Under the pieces are notes generated by a model that made no database searches, was not told where the DNA came from, and saw only the letters and a program-made list of their open reading frames with translations. From a bacterium (lineage in GTDB: Bacteria > UBA8248): a stretch of DNA of 64,000 nucleotides. Numbering within the stretch: the stretch's first letter is position 1; each line of letters opens with the position of its first letter. Both the position numbers and the translations under genes were made by a program. The stretch is from positions 1,216,001-1,280,000 of the forward strand of contig OZ244799.1 of NCBI GenBank assembly GCA_965219955.1. The letters are read 5' to 3'. This document shows, piece by piece, positions 1 through 9,405 of the stretch.

Positions 1-2
1 TC

Positions 3-710
3 GAAATAGAGAGAAATTTCCGCCTCAGGCTCTCCTCCGTGGAGCCGGGGGAATTCACGCGCGAGCTCATCCGCGTCGTCGCCGGCGAGGCGTACGGTGC
101 GGGTTCATCGAACGGGGGAAGCTACGTCTGCCGCCATTTCCACATACCCGTCCAGAGCGGGGACGATGAAACGCTCGCGGCGATGAACCGCAATTACACC
201 GCCGCGCGCTGCGCGAGCCGGTTCGATGAAATCGCGAAGAAAATAGACGGGGCGTGCCTCGGTGGAGATTTCATCGTCGGTTTTCCCGGCGAGAGCAGAG
301 AGGCGTTCGAACGGACCCTGGAATGGGTGCGGGAATCTCCTCTGGCGTATCTGCACGTTTTCCCCTATTCGCCGCGTGAGGGCACGGCGGCCATCGAATT
401 GTCCGGGCAAGTTTCAAAGACCGAGCAAAAGGCCCGCGCGCGCTCTCTCCAGGAATTGGGATGCAGGAAATGGACGGCGTTCGTCTCCTCACAAACGGGG
501 AGGGAAACGGACGTGTTGTTCGAGAGCCGCCGCACGGAAGACGGCTTTCTCACGGGCTTGTCGGACAACTACATCCGCGTGTTGGCGTCCGGGCCTGACG
601 AGTGGATAGGCCGAACGGTTCGGATGCGACTCGCGCCCTTGCCCGAGAAGAATGGATTTGCCCGCATCGCCGCAAGGTTGGATGCCTTATGGGGGGAGTT
701 TACGCCATGA
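3..710 (+). CDS. mtaB: tRNA methylthiotransferase MtaB (MiaB-like radical SAM), 5'-truncated by the window edge
   Basis: Frame is open from position 3. Motifs RLSSVEP, HFHIPVQSGDD, DFIVGFPGE, HVFPYSPREGT and C-terminal G-x-S-D-N-Y. Confidence 0.85.
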   Translation, partial: EIERNFRLRLSSVEPGEFTRELIRVVAGEAYGAGSSNGGSYVCRHFHIPVQSGDDETLAAMNRNYTAARCASRFDEIAKKIDGACLGGDFIVGFPGESREAFERTLEWVRESPLAYLHVFPYSPREGTAAIELSGQVSKTEQKARARSLQELGCRKWTAFVSSQTGRETDVLFESRRTEDGFLTGLSDNYIRVLASGPDEWIGRTVRMRLAPLPEKNGFARIAARLDALWGEFTP

Positions 711-1594
711 CGGACGGTCAATCGCGCCCGAATCCTTTTCACGAGGGCGCGCCCGATTTCGAAGAGGAAAGCGACGCGCAGCCTATCGTCACGCTCCTCA
801 CGGATTTCGGCAGCGATGAGCACTACGTCGGAGTGATGAAGGGCGTCGTGATGGCGGTAAACCCGGTGGCCCGCATCGTCGATATTTCGCATTCCGTTAA
901 GCCATATGACGTTAAGGCCGCGTCGTTGATCCTGGGTTCCTCGTCGCATTATTTTCCGCGCGGGACGATTCACGTGGCGGTCGTGGACCCGGGCGTGGGC
1001 AGCAGCCGCAGGGGAGTCATCGCGGCCACGGAAAACTATTATTTCGTGGGGCCGGACAACGGCCTGTTCTCCTGCGTGTATGACGACCCGCTCTACATGT
1101 GGACGAGAGAACTCGAGGAAGATGCGTTTTTCCTGAACGAGGTGAGTTCCACTTTCCACGGCAGGGACATCTTCGCCCCCGTTGCGGGACATCTCTCCTG
1201 CGGGGTTCCGCCTGAGGATTTCGGCTCCATCATCACCGACCCGGTGCATTTCGATTTCCCGGCGGTGGAATTCGAGGACGCCGACACCATCTCCGGCGAG
1301 GTCATCTACGTCGATCATTACGGGAACCTGGTAACGAACATCGACACCACGACTTTCTGGCGTTTCGAATACGGGGAAGACGACGACGCGCACCTGCCGA
1401 TCATCGAAATCGGCGGTCACGTGATCAGCGGGGTGAGCGAATACTACCAGGCGGTGAAGGCGGGCGACCTCGGGGCGCAGTTCAACAGCTGGACGCGGCT
1501 GGAGATTTTCGTGCCCGAGGGAAACGCCGCACAGTTCCTGGAAGCGGGGGTCGGCGAGAAGGTGAAGGTGCATATGCGGCACATGAGACTGTAG
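707..1594 (+). CDS. SAM hydroxide adenosyltransferase (DUF62; chlorinase/fluorinase superfamily)
   Basis: Motifs LLTDFG, VVDPGVGSSRR, STFHGRDIFAP, DHYGNLVTN. ATG overlaps the mtaB stop (ATGA) and follows a G-rich RBS. Confidence 0.9.
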   Translation: MTDGQSRPNPFHEGAPDFEEESDAQPIVTLLTDFGSDEHYVGVMKGVVMAVNPVARIVDISHSVKPYDVKAASLILGSSSHYFPRGTIHVAVVDPGVGSSRRGVIAATENYYFVGPDNGLFSCVYDDPLYMWTRELEEDAFFLNEVSSTFHGRDIFAPVAGHLSCGVPPEDFGSIITDPVHFDFPAVEFEDADTISGEVIYVDHYGNLVTNIDTTTFWRFEYGEDDDAHLPIIEIGGHVISGVSEYYQAVKAGDLGAQFNSWTRLEIFVPEGNAAQFLEAGVGEKVKVHMRHMRL

Positions 1595-1650
1595 TCACGG
1601 TTTATCAACCGGCTCCGGCGCCATTCGCCCGGAGCCAGAGGAGAGAGATA

Positions 1651-2307
1651 ATGGATAACGCCCCTGTGCGGTTCACGGTGTACAGCGATTTCTTGTGACC
1701 CTGGTGCTTTAACTCGGCCGTGCGCCTGAAGAAGGTAAAAGAGGAATATGGCGACAAAGTAGATATTCAGTACCGGGTTTTCATGCTGAGACCCGAGCCG
1801 GACCCCACGGCGGTCTTTAACGATTACCGCAGAAACCACTGGACGAACGCGAACTCACAACCCGATTCCGGCGATTTCACCCTGTGGGAGAGCGAGGAGG
1901 AGTTTCCGAACTGCTCGATGCCGTCTGCGGAAGCGGGGTTGGCCGCGAGATTCCAGGGGCCCGGGGAGTGGGAGAAATTCCACGACAACCTTCTGGCCGC
2001 CTTCTTCACGGAGAACCGCAACATCTCGGACCCCGAGGTGGTGAGCGACGTGGCCGAGGAGAGCGGCCTGGACATGGACAGATACCGCGACGCTCTCGAA
2101 AGCGGGGGCTTGAGGGAAAAGGCCGTCAAGGAATACATGGAGGCCACGAATCTGGGCATCACGGGTATTCCCTCCGTCGTCGTGAACGATCGCGCCGTCA
2201 TGGTCGGCGCGGTGCCTGCGGAACAGTACCGATACGTTATCGACAGCATCCTCGAAACCGGCGATTTGCCCGGCCGCCCGCCCGGCGAGCTGCCCGTCGC
2301 GGACTGA
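1651..2307 (+). CDS. DsbA/FrnE-family thioredoxin-fold selenoprotein (U-P-W-C)
   Basis: RBS GAGGAG and ATG at 1651 give MDNAPVRFTVYSDFL-TGA(1696-1698)-PWCFNS, in frame with the 1720..2307 ORF. cis-Pro motif GITGIPS near the C-terminus. Confidence 0.88.
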
Positions 2308-2349
2308 TAAGGGGTCCCTGGATGCGCGAGGAAACGAGGAGTTTCTCTT

Positions 2350-3342
2350 CTGAATCTCTCTGACCTCAAGGGCTGTATAACCGACGTTCCGGGTTTTTAT
2401 CTCGGCCACGCGCAGGATGATGAGGCGAGAACGGGCGTCTCCGTGGTGCTTTGTCCTCCCGGAACCGTCGGAGCTTGCGAGTTGCGCGGCACGGCGACGG
2501 CCACGCGCGGCATGGATGCGCTGCGCGCCGAGCACCTCGTCGGAGGCGTGGACGCCATCGTTCTGACGGGAGGGAGCGCATTCGGGCTCGCCTCGGCAGA
2601 CGGCGTCATGGCTTTCCTGGAAGAACGGGGCAGGGGATTTCCCACCGGACGCTTCAACGTGCCCACGGTCGCCGCCGGCGTGCTGTTCGACCTCCATTTC
2701 GGAGACGGCCGGGTTCGCCCTGACGCCGCGATGGGGTGCGCCGCGTGCGATGCCGCCTCGAACGAAGAAGGCCCCCAGGGGAGCGTGGGAGCGGGCATGG
2801 GCGCCACGATCGGAAAACTCTTCGGCCAGGAGCGCGCCATGAAAGGCGGCTTCGGCACGGCGAGCATGAAGCTGCCGGGGGGCGGCGTCGTGGGCGCTGT
2901 CGCCGCGGTGAACGCCTTTGGCGGGGTATATGAACCCGGGACCGGGAAACCCGTCGCAGGGCCCAGAGCGATGCCCCCCGAGAAGGGCATCGTGGATACG
3001 GAAGAGCACCTGAGAATCCACGGAAGGCCTTTCGAGGGATTCTCCAACACTTCAGAGAACACGACGCTGGTCGCCGTGGCGACGAACGCCCGGCTCACGA
3101 AAACAGAAACCCACAAACTCGCCCAACTGGCGACGAACGGACTCATCCGCACCGTGCGCCCCTCCTATACCACGGTGGATGGGGATATGGTTTTCGCTTT
3201 ATCCCACGGGGAGCGCGAGGCGGCCCTTGACGTCGTCGGGGCGGCGGCGACCGAAGCCGTGGGCCATGCGATTTGCCGCGCCGTGATGGAGGCCGACGGG
3301 GGAGGCATCGTTCCCGCCTGGCGAGACCTGCCCGCTTCGTAA
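2350..3342 (+). CDS. P1/S58 (DmpA/NylC-like) self-cleaving hydrolase; probable CTG start
   Basis: Family N-terminus ITDVPGFYLGHA lies upstream of the first GTG. Motifs LTGGSAFGL, GSVGAGMGA, EN|TTL cleavage site, DGDMVF. Confidence 0.85.
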   Translation: MNLSDLKGCITDVPGFYLGHAQDDEARTGVSVVLCPPGTVGACELRGTATATRGMDALRAEHLVGGVDAIVLTGGSAFGLASADGVMAFLEERGRGFPTGRFNVPTVAAGVLFDLHFGDGRVRPDAAMGCAACDAASNEEGPQGSVGAGMGATIGKLFGQERAMKGGFGTASMKLPGGGVVGAVAAVNAFGGVYEPGTGKPVAGPRAMPPEKGIVDTEEHLRIHGRPFEGFSNTSENTTLVAVATNARLTKTETHKLAQLATNGLIRTVRPSYTTVDGDMVFALSHGEREAALDVVGAAATEAVGHAICRAVMEADGGGIVPAWRDLPAS

Positions 3343-4571
3343 TGACCTCTCATGCGGAAAAGCCGTCCTGGAGACTCGGCGATTATTTCGATCTGAGCGT
3401 CATCGGCCTGACCCACGGGCTGAGCGACGGGTTCTCCAACATGCTCGTTCCCGTTCTCGCGCTCATCGTCATGGATCTCGACCTCTCACCCTTCGAAGTG
3501 GGGGCTTTGCTCAGCGCTTTCAGTCTGGGGCAGATGATCTTCCAATACCCGCTCTCCATACTGGCGGATAATACGGGTAGAAGAAAGCTGATGCTCCTGG
3601 TGGGCATGGGCCTCTCCGCCGCGTCTTTCATCGCGATGATGTGGGTGAGCCGTTTCTTGCCGATGTGCGTCCTGGCGTTTCTGGCGGGCGCGGGAAATTC
3701 CGTCTACCACCCTTGTGGAACCGCGCTGGCGGCGAATCGCTTCGAGCGCGACCGCGCATTCGCCATTTCCTGGCACAGCCTGGGCGGCAACCTCGGAACC
3801 AGCATCCTCCCGCTGGCCCAGGCGGCCGTGGCCGCGGCGGCCGGCTGGCGCGCGGCGGTCGGCGCCTGCGCGGCGCCCGCCATTGCGCTCCTCCCCCTGG
3901 TGAACGCGCGGTTTGTCGAGGGAAAGAGCGAGAGCGAACGTGAGGCGGGGAAAGCGGCGGAACTGAAAGTTTTCTCCATCGTAAAGCGGGTCGTGGAGAA
4001 CAGGAACACGGTGTGGCTGGCGGCGACCTACACGTTGCGCGGCATGTGCACCAAGGGAATGATTGGTTTTCTCCCCCTGCTGGCGACCTCGAAGCTGGGG
4101 ATGACCACTGCGCAAATCGGCGTGGCCGTATCGCTCCATTTCGGTTTCGGCATGTTGGCCAAACCGCTGATGGGCATCCTGTATAACCGCTGGGGGGCGC
4201 GGGCCGCTCTGTTCTGGCCCATGACGCTGCTGGGGGTCTTCGTTCTCGCCCTGCCGTTCATGGGGTGGCGAACGGGTTTTTATATCCTGTCCGCATTGAC
4301 GGGCGTCGTCGGGTTCGTGAGCCCGATTATCCTCACCGCGGCGGCGGATTTCTCGGAAAAGGACATTCTGGCTTCATCCGTCGGCTTTATCTATACCTGC
4401 CACGGCTTGAGTTTCCTTGCTCCCCTGCTGGGGGGATGGCTCGCCGGGCAGGTGAATCTGGATGCGAGCTATTTCTGTTTTGCGATCATGAGCTGGCTGG
4501 CCGTTTCGACATCGATGCAATTAAGAGGCAAAAAGCAGATATCCGATAACCCGGGGAGGGAGGAGACATGA
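3342..4571 (+). CDS. MFS transporter (Fsr-like)
   Basis: About 12 hydrophobic segments, motif A-like LADNTGRR, GNSVYHP. TAATG overlap with the upstream gene. Confidence 0.88.
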   Translation: MTSHAEKPSWRLGDYFDLSVIGLTHGLSDGFSNMLVPVLALIVMDLDLSPFEVGALLSAFSLGQMIFQYPLSILADNTGRRKLMLLVGMGLSAASFIAMMWVSRFLPMCVLAFLAGAGNSVYHPCGTALAANRFERDRAFAISWHSLGGNLGTSILPLAQAAVAAAAGWRAAVGACAAPAIALLPLVNARFVEGKSESEREAGKAAELKVFSIVKRVVENRNTVWLAATYTLRGMCTKGMIGFLPLLATSKLGMTTAQIGVAVSLHFGFGMLAKPLMGILYNRWGARAALFWPMTLLGVFVLALPFMGWRTGFYILSALTGVVGFVSPIILTAAADFSEKDILASSVGFIYTCHGLSFLAPLLGGWLAGQVNLDASYFCFAIMSWLAVSTSMQLRGKKQISDNPGREET

Positions 4572-4960
4572 CGCGAGAGTATTTCAAGGGAACCTGGCAG
4601 CAGGATCGCTCGTTTTCGCCTGCGGTGAAGACGAAGGGCGGCGAGCACGTCTGGCTGGCCGGCGTGGGGGCGTGGCGCGACGAGCGGGGGAACGTGCTGG
4701 CGGGGGATTTCGACGCGCAGGTGCACGCCACTTTCCGCCAGATAGAACGCACGCTGGAACGGGCGGGCGGTAAGCTGCAGGACATCGTGACGATGACGGT
4801 GTTCATTCTCGACGGGGCGAACGGGGACAGGTTCGTCGAACTCAGAAAGCAGTATTTTCCGGACGGATATCCCGGCAGCGCGTTGATCACGACGGCCGGC
4901 TTCGCAAAGGCTGAGATGATGGTCGAGATACAGGCCATCGCCGTCATCGGCGAGGAATAG
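4568..4960 (+). CDS. RidA/YjgF family protein lacking the catalytic Arg
   Basis: Motifs FSPAV, LAG, AGGKLQDIVTMTVF, VEIQAIA. YPGSAL replaces the usual PAR motif. Confidence 0.85.
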   Translation: MTREYFKGTWQQDRSFSPAVKTKGGEHVWLAGVGAWRDERGNVLAGDFDAQVHATFRQIERTLERAGGKLQDIVTMTVFILDGANGDRFVELRKQYFPDGYPGSALITTAGFAKAEMMVEIQAIAVIGEE

Positions 4961-5162
4961 GGAAGGGGGGCGCGAAACCCCATATTTGCCGCTTCATCTA
5001 AAGGGTGCTAATCTCGCGAAACCATTGAAACGCTTCTGGATGGTGAGCGGGCGTCGCGTTATTCATGATACGTCTGACCCGTGGCCCTCATTCGCGCGGC
5101 GAATCGTCCGCCATCCGAACGAAGCGTATGCAGCCGCTTTCTCGACGGGAATCTTTGTATCC

Positions 5163-5972
5163 ATGTCCTCATCCGACAACGGCACGAATCCGACTTTGCG
5201 CCTCCAGGGCGTCGGGAAATGGTTCGGCTCCCTGCACGTGCTCGACGACATCGACATCGACGTGAAGACGCAGGAGATTCTGACCGTCCTCGGCCCCAGC
5301 GGGTGCGGGAAGACGACGCTTCTTCGCATCGTGAACGGACTCATTCTCTGCGAGAGGGGCGAGGTTTCCTTCAAGGGCGAGGCGGTGGACGGCCCGAGGC
5401 CCGAGATGGCCATGGTGTTCCAGAATTTCGGGCTCTTCCCCTGGAAGCGCCTGGATCAGAACATCGGCTACGCGCTCAGGATACAGGGCAGGGACAAGAA
5501 CGAAATCGACCGCCTGGTGAGCCATTACACGGAACTTGTGGGCCTGGGCGGTTTCGAGGCGAACTACCCCTCTCAGCTTTCGGGCGGGATGCAGCAACGA
5601 GCGGGCCTGGCGCGTGCGCTCGCCGCCCAGCCCGACGTTTTGTTGATGGATGAGCCCTTCGGCGCTCTCGATGCGCTGACGCGTGAAACCCTGCAGGAGG
5701 AGTTGCTGCGCATCAACGAGGCGGAGCCCAAGGCGATGATCTTCATCACCCACAGCATCGACGAGGCGCTCCTCCTCGGCGACCGCGTTCTGGTGATGAC
5801 GCCCAGGCCGGGCAGGATACGCTTTCAGTTCGAAACCGGCTTCGGACGGGGCAGGGACCTGGAAAAAATTCGGGGCGGCAAGCGCTTCCAGGCGCTGCGC
5901 CATTATCTCTGGGAAGCCATGCGCAATCCGGAGGAAGAGCCGGAACCCATCCCCGATCTCGTTATTGAATAG
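5163..5972 (+). CDS. NitT/TauT-family ABC transporter ATP-binding protein
   Basis: Walker A GPSGCGKT, signature LSGGMQQR, Walker B LLMDEPF, H-loop ITHS. Start is approximate. Confidence 0.92.
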   Translation: MSSSDNGTNPTLRLQGVGKWFGSLHVLDDIDIDVKTQEILTVLGPSGCGKTTLLRIVNGLILCERGEVSFKGEAVDGPRPEMAMVFQNFGLFPWKRLDQNIGYALRIQGRDKNEIDRLVSHYTELVGLGGFEANYPSQLSGGMQQRAGLARALAAQPDVLLMDEPFGALDALTRETLQEELLRINEAEPKAMIFITHSIDEALLLGDRVLVMTPRPGRIRFQFETGFGRGRDLEKIRGGKRFQALRHYLWEAMRNPEEEPEPIPDLVIE

Positions 5973-6810
5973 GAGGCACCACCCTTTGGCTACAGACGCA
6001 CCGGCGGCACCAGGCGTATCGACGAATGAGAAGGCGTTCTGGGAGCGCATCAAGGAACCCGCCATATATGTGCGCCTCATATCACTGGTGGTCGTCATCG
6101 GCGGGTGGGAGTTGATGGGGCAGACCGGCAACATCGATCCGGTCACGTTCAGCTACCCGAGCGCCATATGCGTCGCCTTCTGGGATTTGATCGCCAGCGG
6201 ACAGATGACGGCCGCCGCTTATGAGAGTTCCCAAATCCTGGTGGCGGGCCTTTTGATAGCAATACCGCTCGGCATCGTGCTGGGGATCCTCATGGGGCGC
6301 TTCCAGCTATTCGAGTACGCCGTGGACACCTACGTGTTCGCGCTCTACGCGACGCCGGTGGTCGCGCTTGCGTTCCCGATAGCCATGGTCCTGGGCGTCG
6401 ATTTCGTCGGCAAGACGACCATCGTCGTCTTCTTCGCCATCATGCCTATCATCGTGAACGTCTATCACGGCGTGCGGAACGTGGACCTCTCGCTTTTGGA
6501 AGTGACGCGCTCGTTCTGCTCCACGGAGAGCCAGCGCTGGCGGGACCTGATCTTCCCGAGCGTGGTCCCCTATCTCGTGGCGGGGCTGGGGCTCGCTTGC
6601 GGGCGCGCCCTCGTCGGGATGGTCGTCGCGGAGTTTCTGATGAGCATCTCTGGACTCGGCGCGCTGAGCCAGGACTACATCGCTGATCTGGAACTGGACA
6701 AGGGCCTCGCGCCTGTTGTCTTGTTGATGGTAGTCGGTATAGCTTTAACGAAAGTGGTGAACATCTGTGAAACGAAGTTTTCATCCTGGAGGGTTCGGCA
6801 GGAGTCCTGA
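5965..6810 (+). CDS. NitT/TauT-family ABC transporter permease
   Basis: Multi-TM protein with an EAA-like loop (VDLSLLEVTRSF) and VVAEF. Lies between the ATPase and binding-protein genes. Confidence 0.9.
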   Translation: MNRRHHPLATDAPAAPGVSTNEKAFWERIKEPAIYVRLISLVVVIGGWELMGQTGNIDPVTFSYPSAICVAFWDLIASGQMTAAAYESSQILVAGLLIAIPLGIVLGILMGRFQLFEYAVDTYVFALYATPVVALAFPIAMVLGVDFVGKTTIVVFFAIMPIIVNVYHGVRNVDLSLLEVTRSFCSTESQRWRDLIFPSVVPYLVAGLGLACGRALVGMVVAEFLMSISGLGALSQDYIADLELDKGLAPVVLLMVVGIALTKVVNICETKFSSWRVRQES

Positions 6811-6864
6811 TTGCGGGCATCTTGCCGGGACATCAATTTTCCTTTCTATTTTAAGGAGTTTGAA

Positions 6865-7878
6865 ATGAAAAAGACGTGGATGGTATTGACCGCGGCGTTC
6901 GTTCTTGCCGCAGCGCTGTGGAGCGCGCCGGCGCAGTCCGTAGCCGCCGACAAGATCGTGCTCGGCATGCCCGTGCGTCCGCCGGTCATGGTGCACCTGC
7001 CGGTGTTCTACGCGCTCGATAACGATATCTTCAAGAAACACGGCCTCGACGTGGAGATCAAATTCTTCCGCGGCGGCGTCGCCACGCACCGGGCGATCAC
7101 GAGCAAGAAGAGCGGCCTGGACGCCGCCTGGGTGCCGGCCCCGATCGCCATGGTGGGCATCACCAAGGGCAGCGGCATGAAGTTCTTCCACTCCATGGCG
7201 TATCTCAACGAAGCGCAGATGGCCGCGAACGATCAGGTGAAAAAACCCGCCGACCTCAAGGGCAAGACCATCGGCATCGAGGGGCGCGGCGGATACAGCC
7301 ACCTGGGCGCGCTCGCCGTGCTGGCGACCGCCGGTTTGACCGACAAGGACGTGAAATACATCAAGACCCCGCCGCCGGCGCGCGTTCCGTTCCTGCTCAA
7401 GGGCAAGGCCGACGCCGTGGTCATCCACGTCGAGCAGGTTCTCGTCGTCAAGAAGAGAAAGCCCAACTTCAACAAGCTGATGGACTTGTGGAAAGCCATG
7501 CCGAACTTCTTCTACGGGGCGTTCATCGCGCCCTCATCGAAGATCAACTCGAACAAGGACGCCTACGTGCGTTTCGCCATGGCGATGATGCAGTCCAACC
7601 GCTCCATCTACAAGGACAAGGCGGGCTACCTCAAATCGGCGAACAAGTGGGTGCGTCCCGTGTACAAGAAAAACCCCGAAATCATGTCGAAGACCTACGA
7701 CGTCTTCGTGGCGGAGAAAATCTGGGGCGTGAACAACGGCATCCCCAAGGCTTCGGTCGCCTTCACGGCGGACTACATGAAGCGCCTCGGAAAGATCAAG
7801 GGCAAGGTTCCTTCGTATGAGGACATCGTCGACACCAGCGTGACGAAAGCGGCGCTCGCCAAGGCCGGCAAGATTTAG
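6865..7878 (+). CDS. ABC transporter substrate-binding protein (NMT1/THI5/SsuA-like)
   Basis: RBS AAGGAG, signal peptide, motifs FKKHGLDVE and DLKGKTIG. Confidence 0.88.
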   Translation: MKKTWMVLTAAFVLAAALWSAPAQSVAADKIVLGMPVRPPVMVHLPVFYALDNDIFKKHGLDVEIKFFRGGVATHRAITSKKSGLDAAWVPAPIAMVGITKGSGMKFFHSMAYLNEAQMAANDQVKKPADLKGKTIGIEGRGGYSHLGALAVLATAGLTDKDVKYIKTPPPARVPFLLKGKADAVVIHVEQVLVVKKRKPNFNKLMDLWKAMPNFFYGAFIAPSSKINSNKDAYVRFAMAMMQSNRSIYKDKAGYLKSANKWVRPVYKKNPEIMSKTYDVFVAEKIWGVNNGIPKASVAFTADYMKRLGKIKGKVPSYEDIVDTSVTKAALAKAGKI

Positions 7879-7899
7879 ACGTTTCAACGCGAAAGATAC

Positions 7900-7939
7900 G
7901 GGGCCGTCGCGCTCGCAAGGTGCGGCGGCCCTGTTCTTT
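7900..7939 (+). terminator. Probable intrinsic terminator of the ABC operon
   Basis: GC-rich hairpin gggccgtcgcgct / ggtgcggcggccc followed by tgttcttt. Confidence 0.55.
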
Positions 7940-7962
7940 GATGCCGGAAAGGGAGTATCAAC

Positions 7963-8086
7963 GTGAAGATTGTTCTGTATTCCGACATCCACGCCCGGCT
8001 TGCGCCTCCGGACGCCTCACGGCGAGCGAATCGCCAAAATGGTGCGGACCGGGGAGTTCCGGGACCCCGTCTATATGCCCCACTAG
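7963..8086 (+). pseudogene. Internally deleted metallophosphoesterase remnant
   Basis: RBS GGGAG and GTG give MKIVLYSDIHA, the DxH start of the calcineurin-like family. This is joined out of frame to a C-terminal-like piece LRTPHGERIAKMVRTGEFRDPVYMPH*. Confidence 0.55.
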
Positions 8087-8093
8087 GTCGACC

Positions 8094-8843
8094 ATGCTCG
8101 TAACCGTTCACGGCGCGAAGCCGAGGGCGTGGAAAGAGCAGGTGAAATCCTACGTCAGAAAACGCTACGCCCATCTGGCGGAGGCCGATGCCTTCCCCGA
8201 AGGCGGGGCGGAGAGGGCGCGGGGCGCCGGCTACCCCGCCCGCTTCATCGACGGGCTTCCCGGGCGCGTTTCGGCCTCTTATTGCGGCTGTGGCTATCTG
8301 CTCGAGGGGGTCGATCTCGATGGCGTGCGGACGGCCGTGGAACTCGGATGCGGCGCGGGATTGGACGCACGCCTCGTGAGCGAGAGGTTGACGGAGGATG
8401 CCGCTCTGTTCGCGCTGGATATGGCGCCCCAGATGCTTCATCGCGCGCGCGAGGCGGTCGATGGCGTCGATGGAGGTGCGCGCCTGCATCTGCTGGCAGG
8501 CGACATGGAGAACATCCCCTTGGCTGCCGGCGTCGCCGATATCGTGCTGGCGAACGCTTCGCTCAATCTCACGGTGGATAAGCAGAAAGTGCTCGCCGAG
8601 GCGCACAGGATTCTGAGGCCGGGCGGCCGCCTCGTGGCCCGCGAGTTGATACGCGAGGGTGAACTGCCCGCCGAGATCGCACGTGACCCCCAGGCGTGGA
8701 ACGCCTCGCTCGGCGGCGTCTGCGAGGAGGCCGAATGGGAGTCCCTGCTGGCGGGCGCGGGGTTTTGCGATATCGATATTTCCGGCCACGCTCCGTTTCG
8801 TCCGGTGGTTTCGGTTCGGGTCCATGCCCGAAGGAGGTGTTGA
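8094..8843 (+). CDS. Class I SAM-dependent methyltransferase, ArsM-like
   Basis: Motifs VRKRYA, SYCGCG, ELGCGAGLD, LDMAPQML, GDMENIPL, RILRPGGRL. Confidence 0.82.
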   Translation: MLVTVHGAKPRAWKEQVKSYVRKRYAHLAEADAFPEGGAERARGAGYPARFIDGLPGRVSASYCGCGYLLEGVDLDGVRTAVELGCGAGLDARLVSERLTEDAALFALDMAPQMLHRAREAVDGVDGGARLHLLAGDMENIPLAAGVADIVLANASLNLTVDKQKVLAEAHRILRPGGRLVARELIREGELPAEIARDPQAWNASLGGVCEEAEWESLLAGAGFCDIDISGHAPFRPVVSVRVHARRRC

Positions 8844-9204
8844 GGAAGTCCTCGCCCGACTTTCGAGATTGTTCGCCGTAGGGACAGGTCGCGACCTTGG
8901 GCCGTTCACAAGAACGGCCCACTACAATAGGCGGTGTGGTTTTGTTCGTCATTCCGGCGAAAGCCGGAATCCATTTTCGCCTTTGCCTTTTCGCCTCCTT
9001 GCTCGGACATCTTTACTTCTGGCGGGAAGGAGCCGAATCGAACACAAAAACGAAAGGCGACTTCTCTGAATTCCGCATCTGGGCGCCGCGCAACAACAAG
9101 GTCGTGGCCGCCCCGCCCGGTGAAAAGTCAAAATGGATTCCGGCTTTCGCCGGAATGACGGCAGTGGTCAATTCCGATCGACGAGGGCTTTTTCAACAAC
9201 CCCC
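8833..9204. mobile_element. MITE-like shell with a GTAG-type REP pair and a dRS3/RPE-like inverted pair
   Basis: Degenerate left end ggtgttgaggaag and right end ctttttcaacaacccc. Perfect 31-bp inverted repeat cgtcattccggcgaaagccggaatccatttt at 8947-8977 and 9130-9160. Confidence 0.65.
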
Positions 9205-9242
9205 GGATAACCGGAATGGAGCCGGACGAATCGCTGGAGCCC

Positions 9243-9270
9243 TTGACTCTCGATGCGAGTCGGGTAAACT
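9243..9270 (+). promoter_or_regulatory. sigma70-type promoter of the tRNA gene
   Basis: TTGACT, 16 bp spacer, TAAACT, ending 14 bp before the tRNA. Confidence 0.6.
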
Positions 9271-9284
9271 TTCCGGCGTTGTAA

Positions 9285-9359
9285 GCGGGAATAGCTCAGT
9301 GGTAGAGCACAACGTTGCCAACGTTGGGGTCGCGGGTTCAAATCCCGTTTCCCGCTCCA
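9285..9359 (+). tRNA. tRNA-Gly (GCC)
   Basis: GCGGGAA/TTCCCGC acceptor stem, anticodon arm caacg-TTGCCAA-cgttg, T-loop GGTTCAAATCC, encoded CCA. Confidence 0.97.
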
Positions 9360-9373
9360 CTTATCCATAACGA

Positions 9374-9405
9374 AGCGGGGGTCGCGAATGCGGTCCCCGC
9401 TATTT
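9374..9405. terminator. Hairpin between the convergent tRNA and NIPSNAP genes
   Basis: agcgggggtcgc-gaat-gcggtccccgct followed by attt. Confidence 0.55.

Noticed and set aside
707-1594. Possible chlorinase or fluorinase (halogenase)
   Set aside because: It has TFHGRD and the DPGVG..RR Asp/Arg/His set of SAM hydroxide adenosyltransferases, sits in a housekeeping context next to mtaB, and has no biosynthetic cluster nearby.
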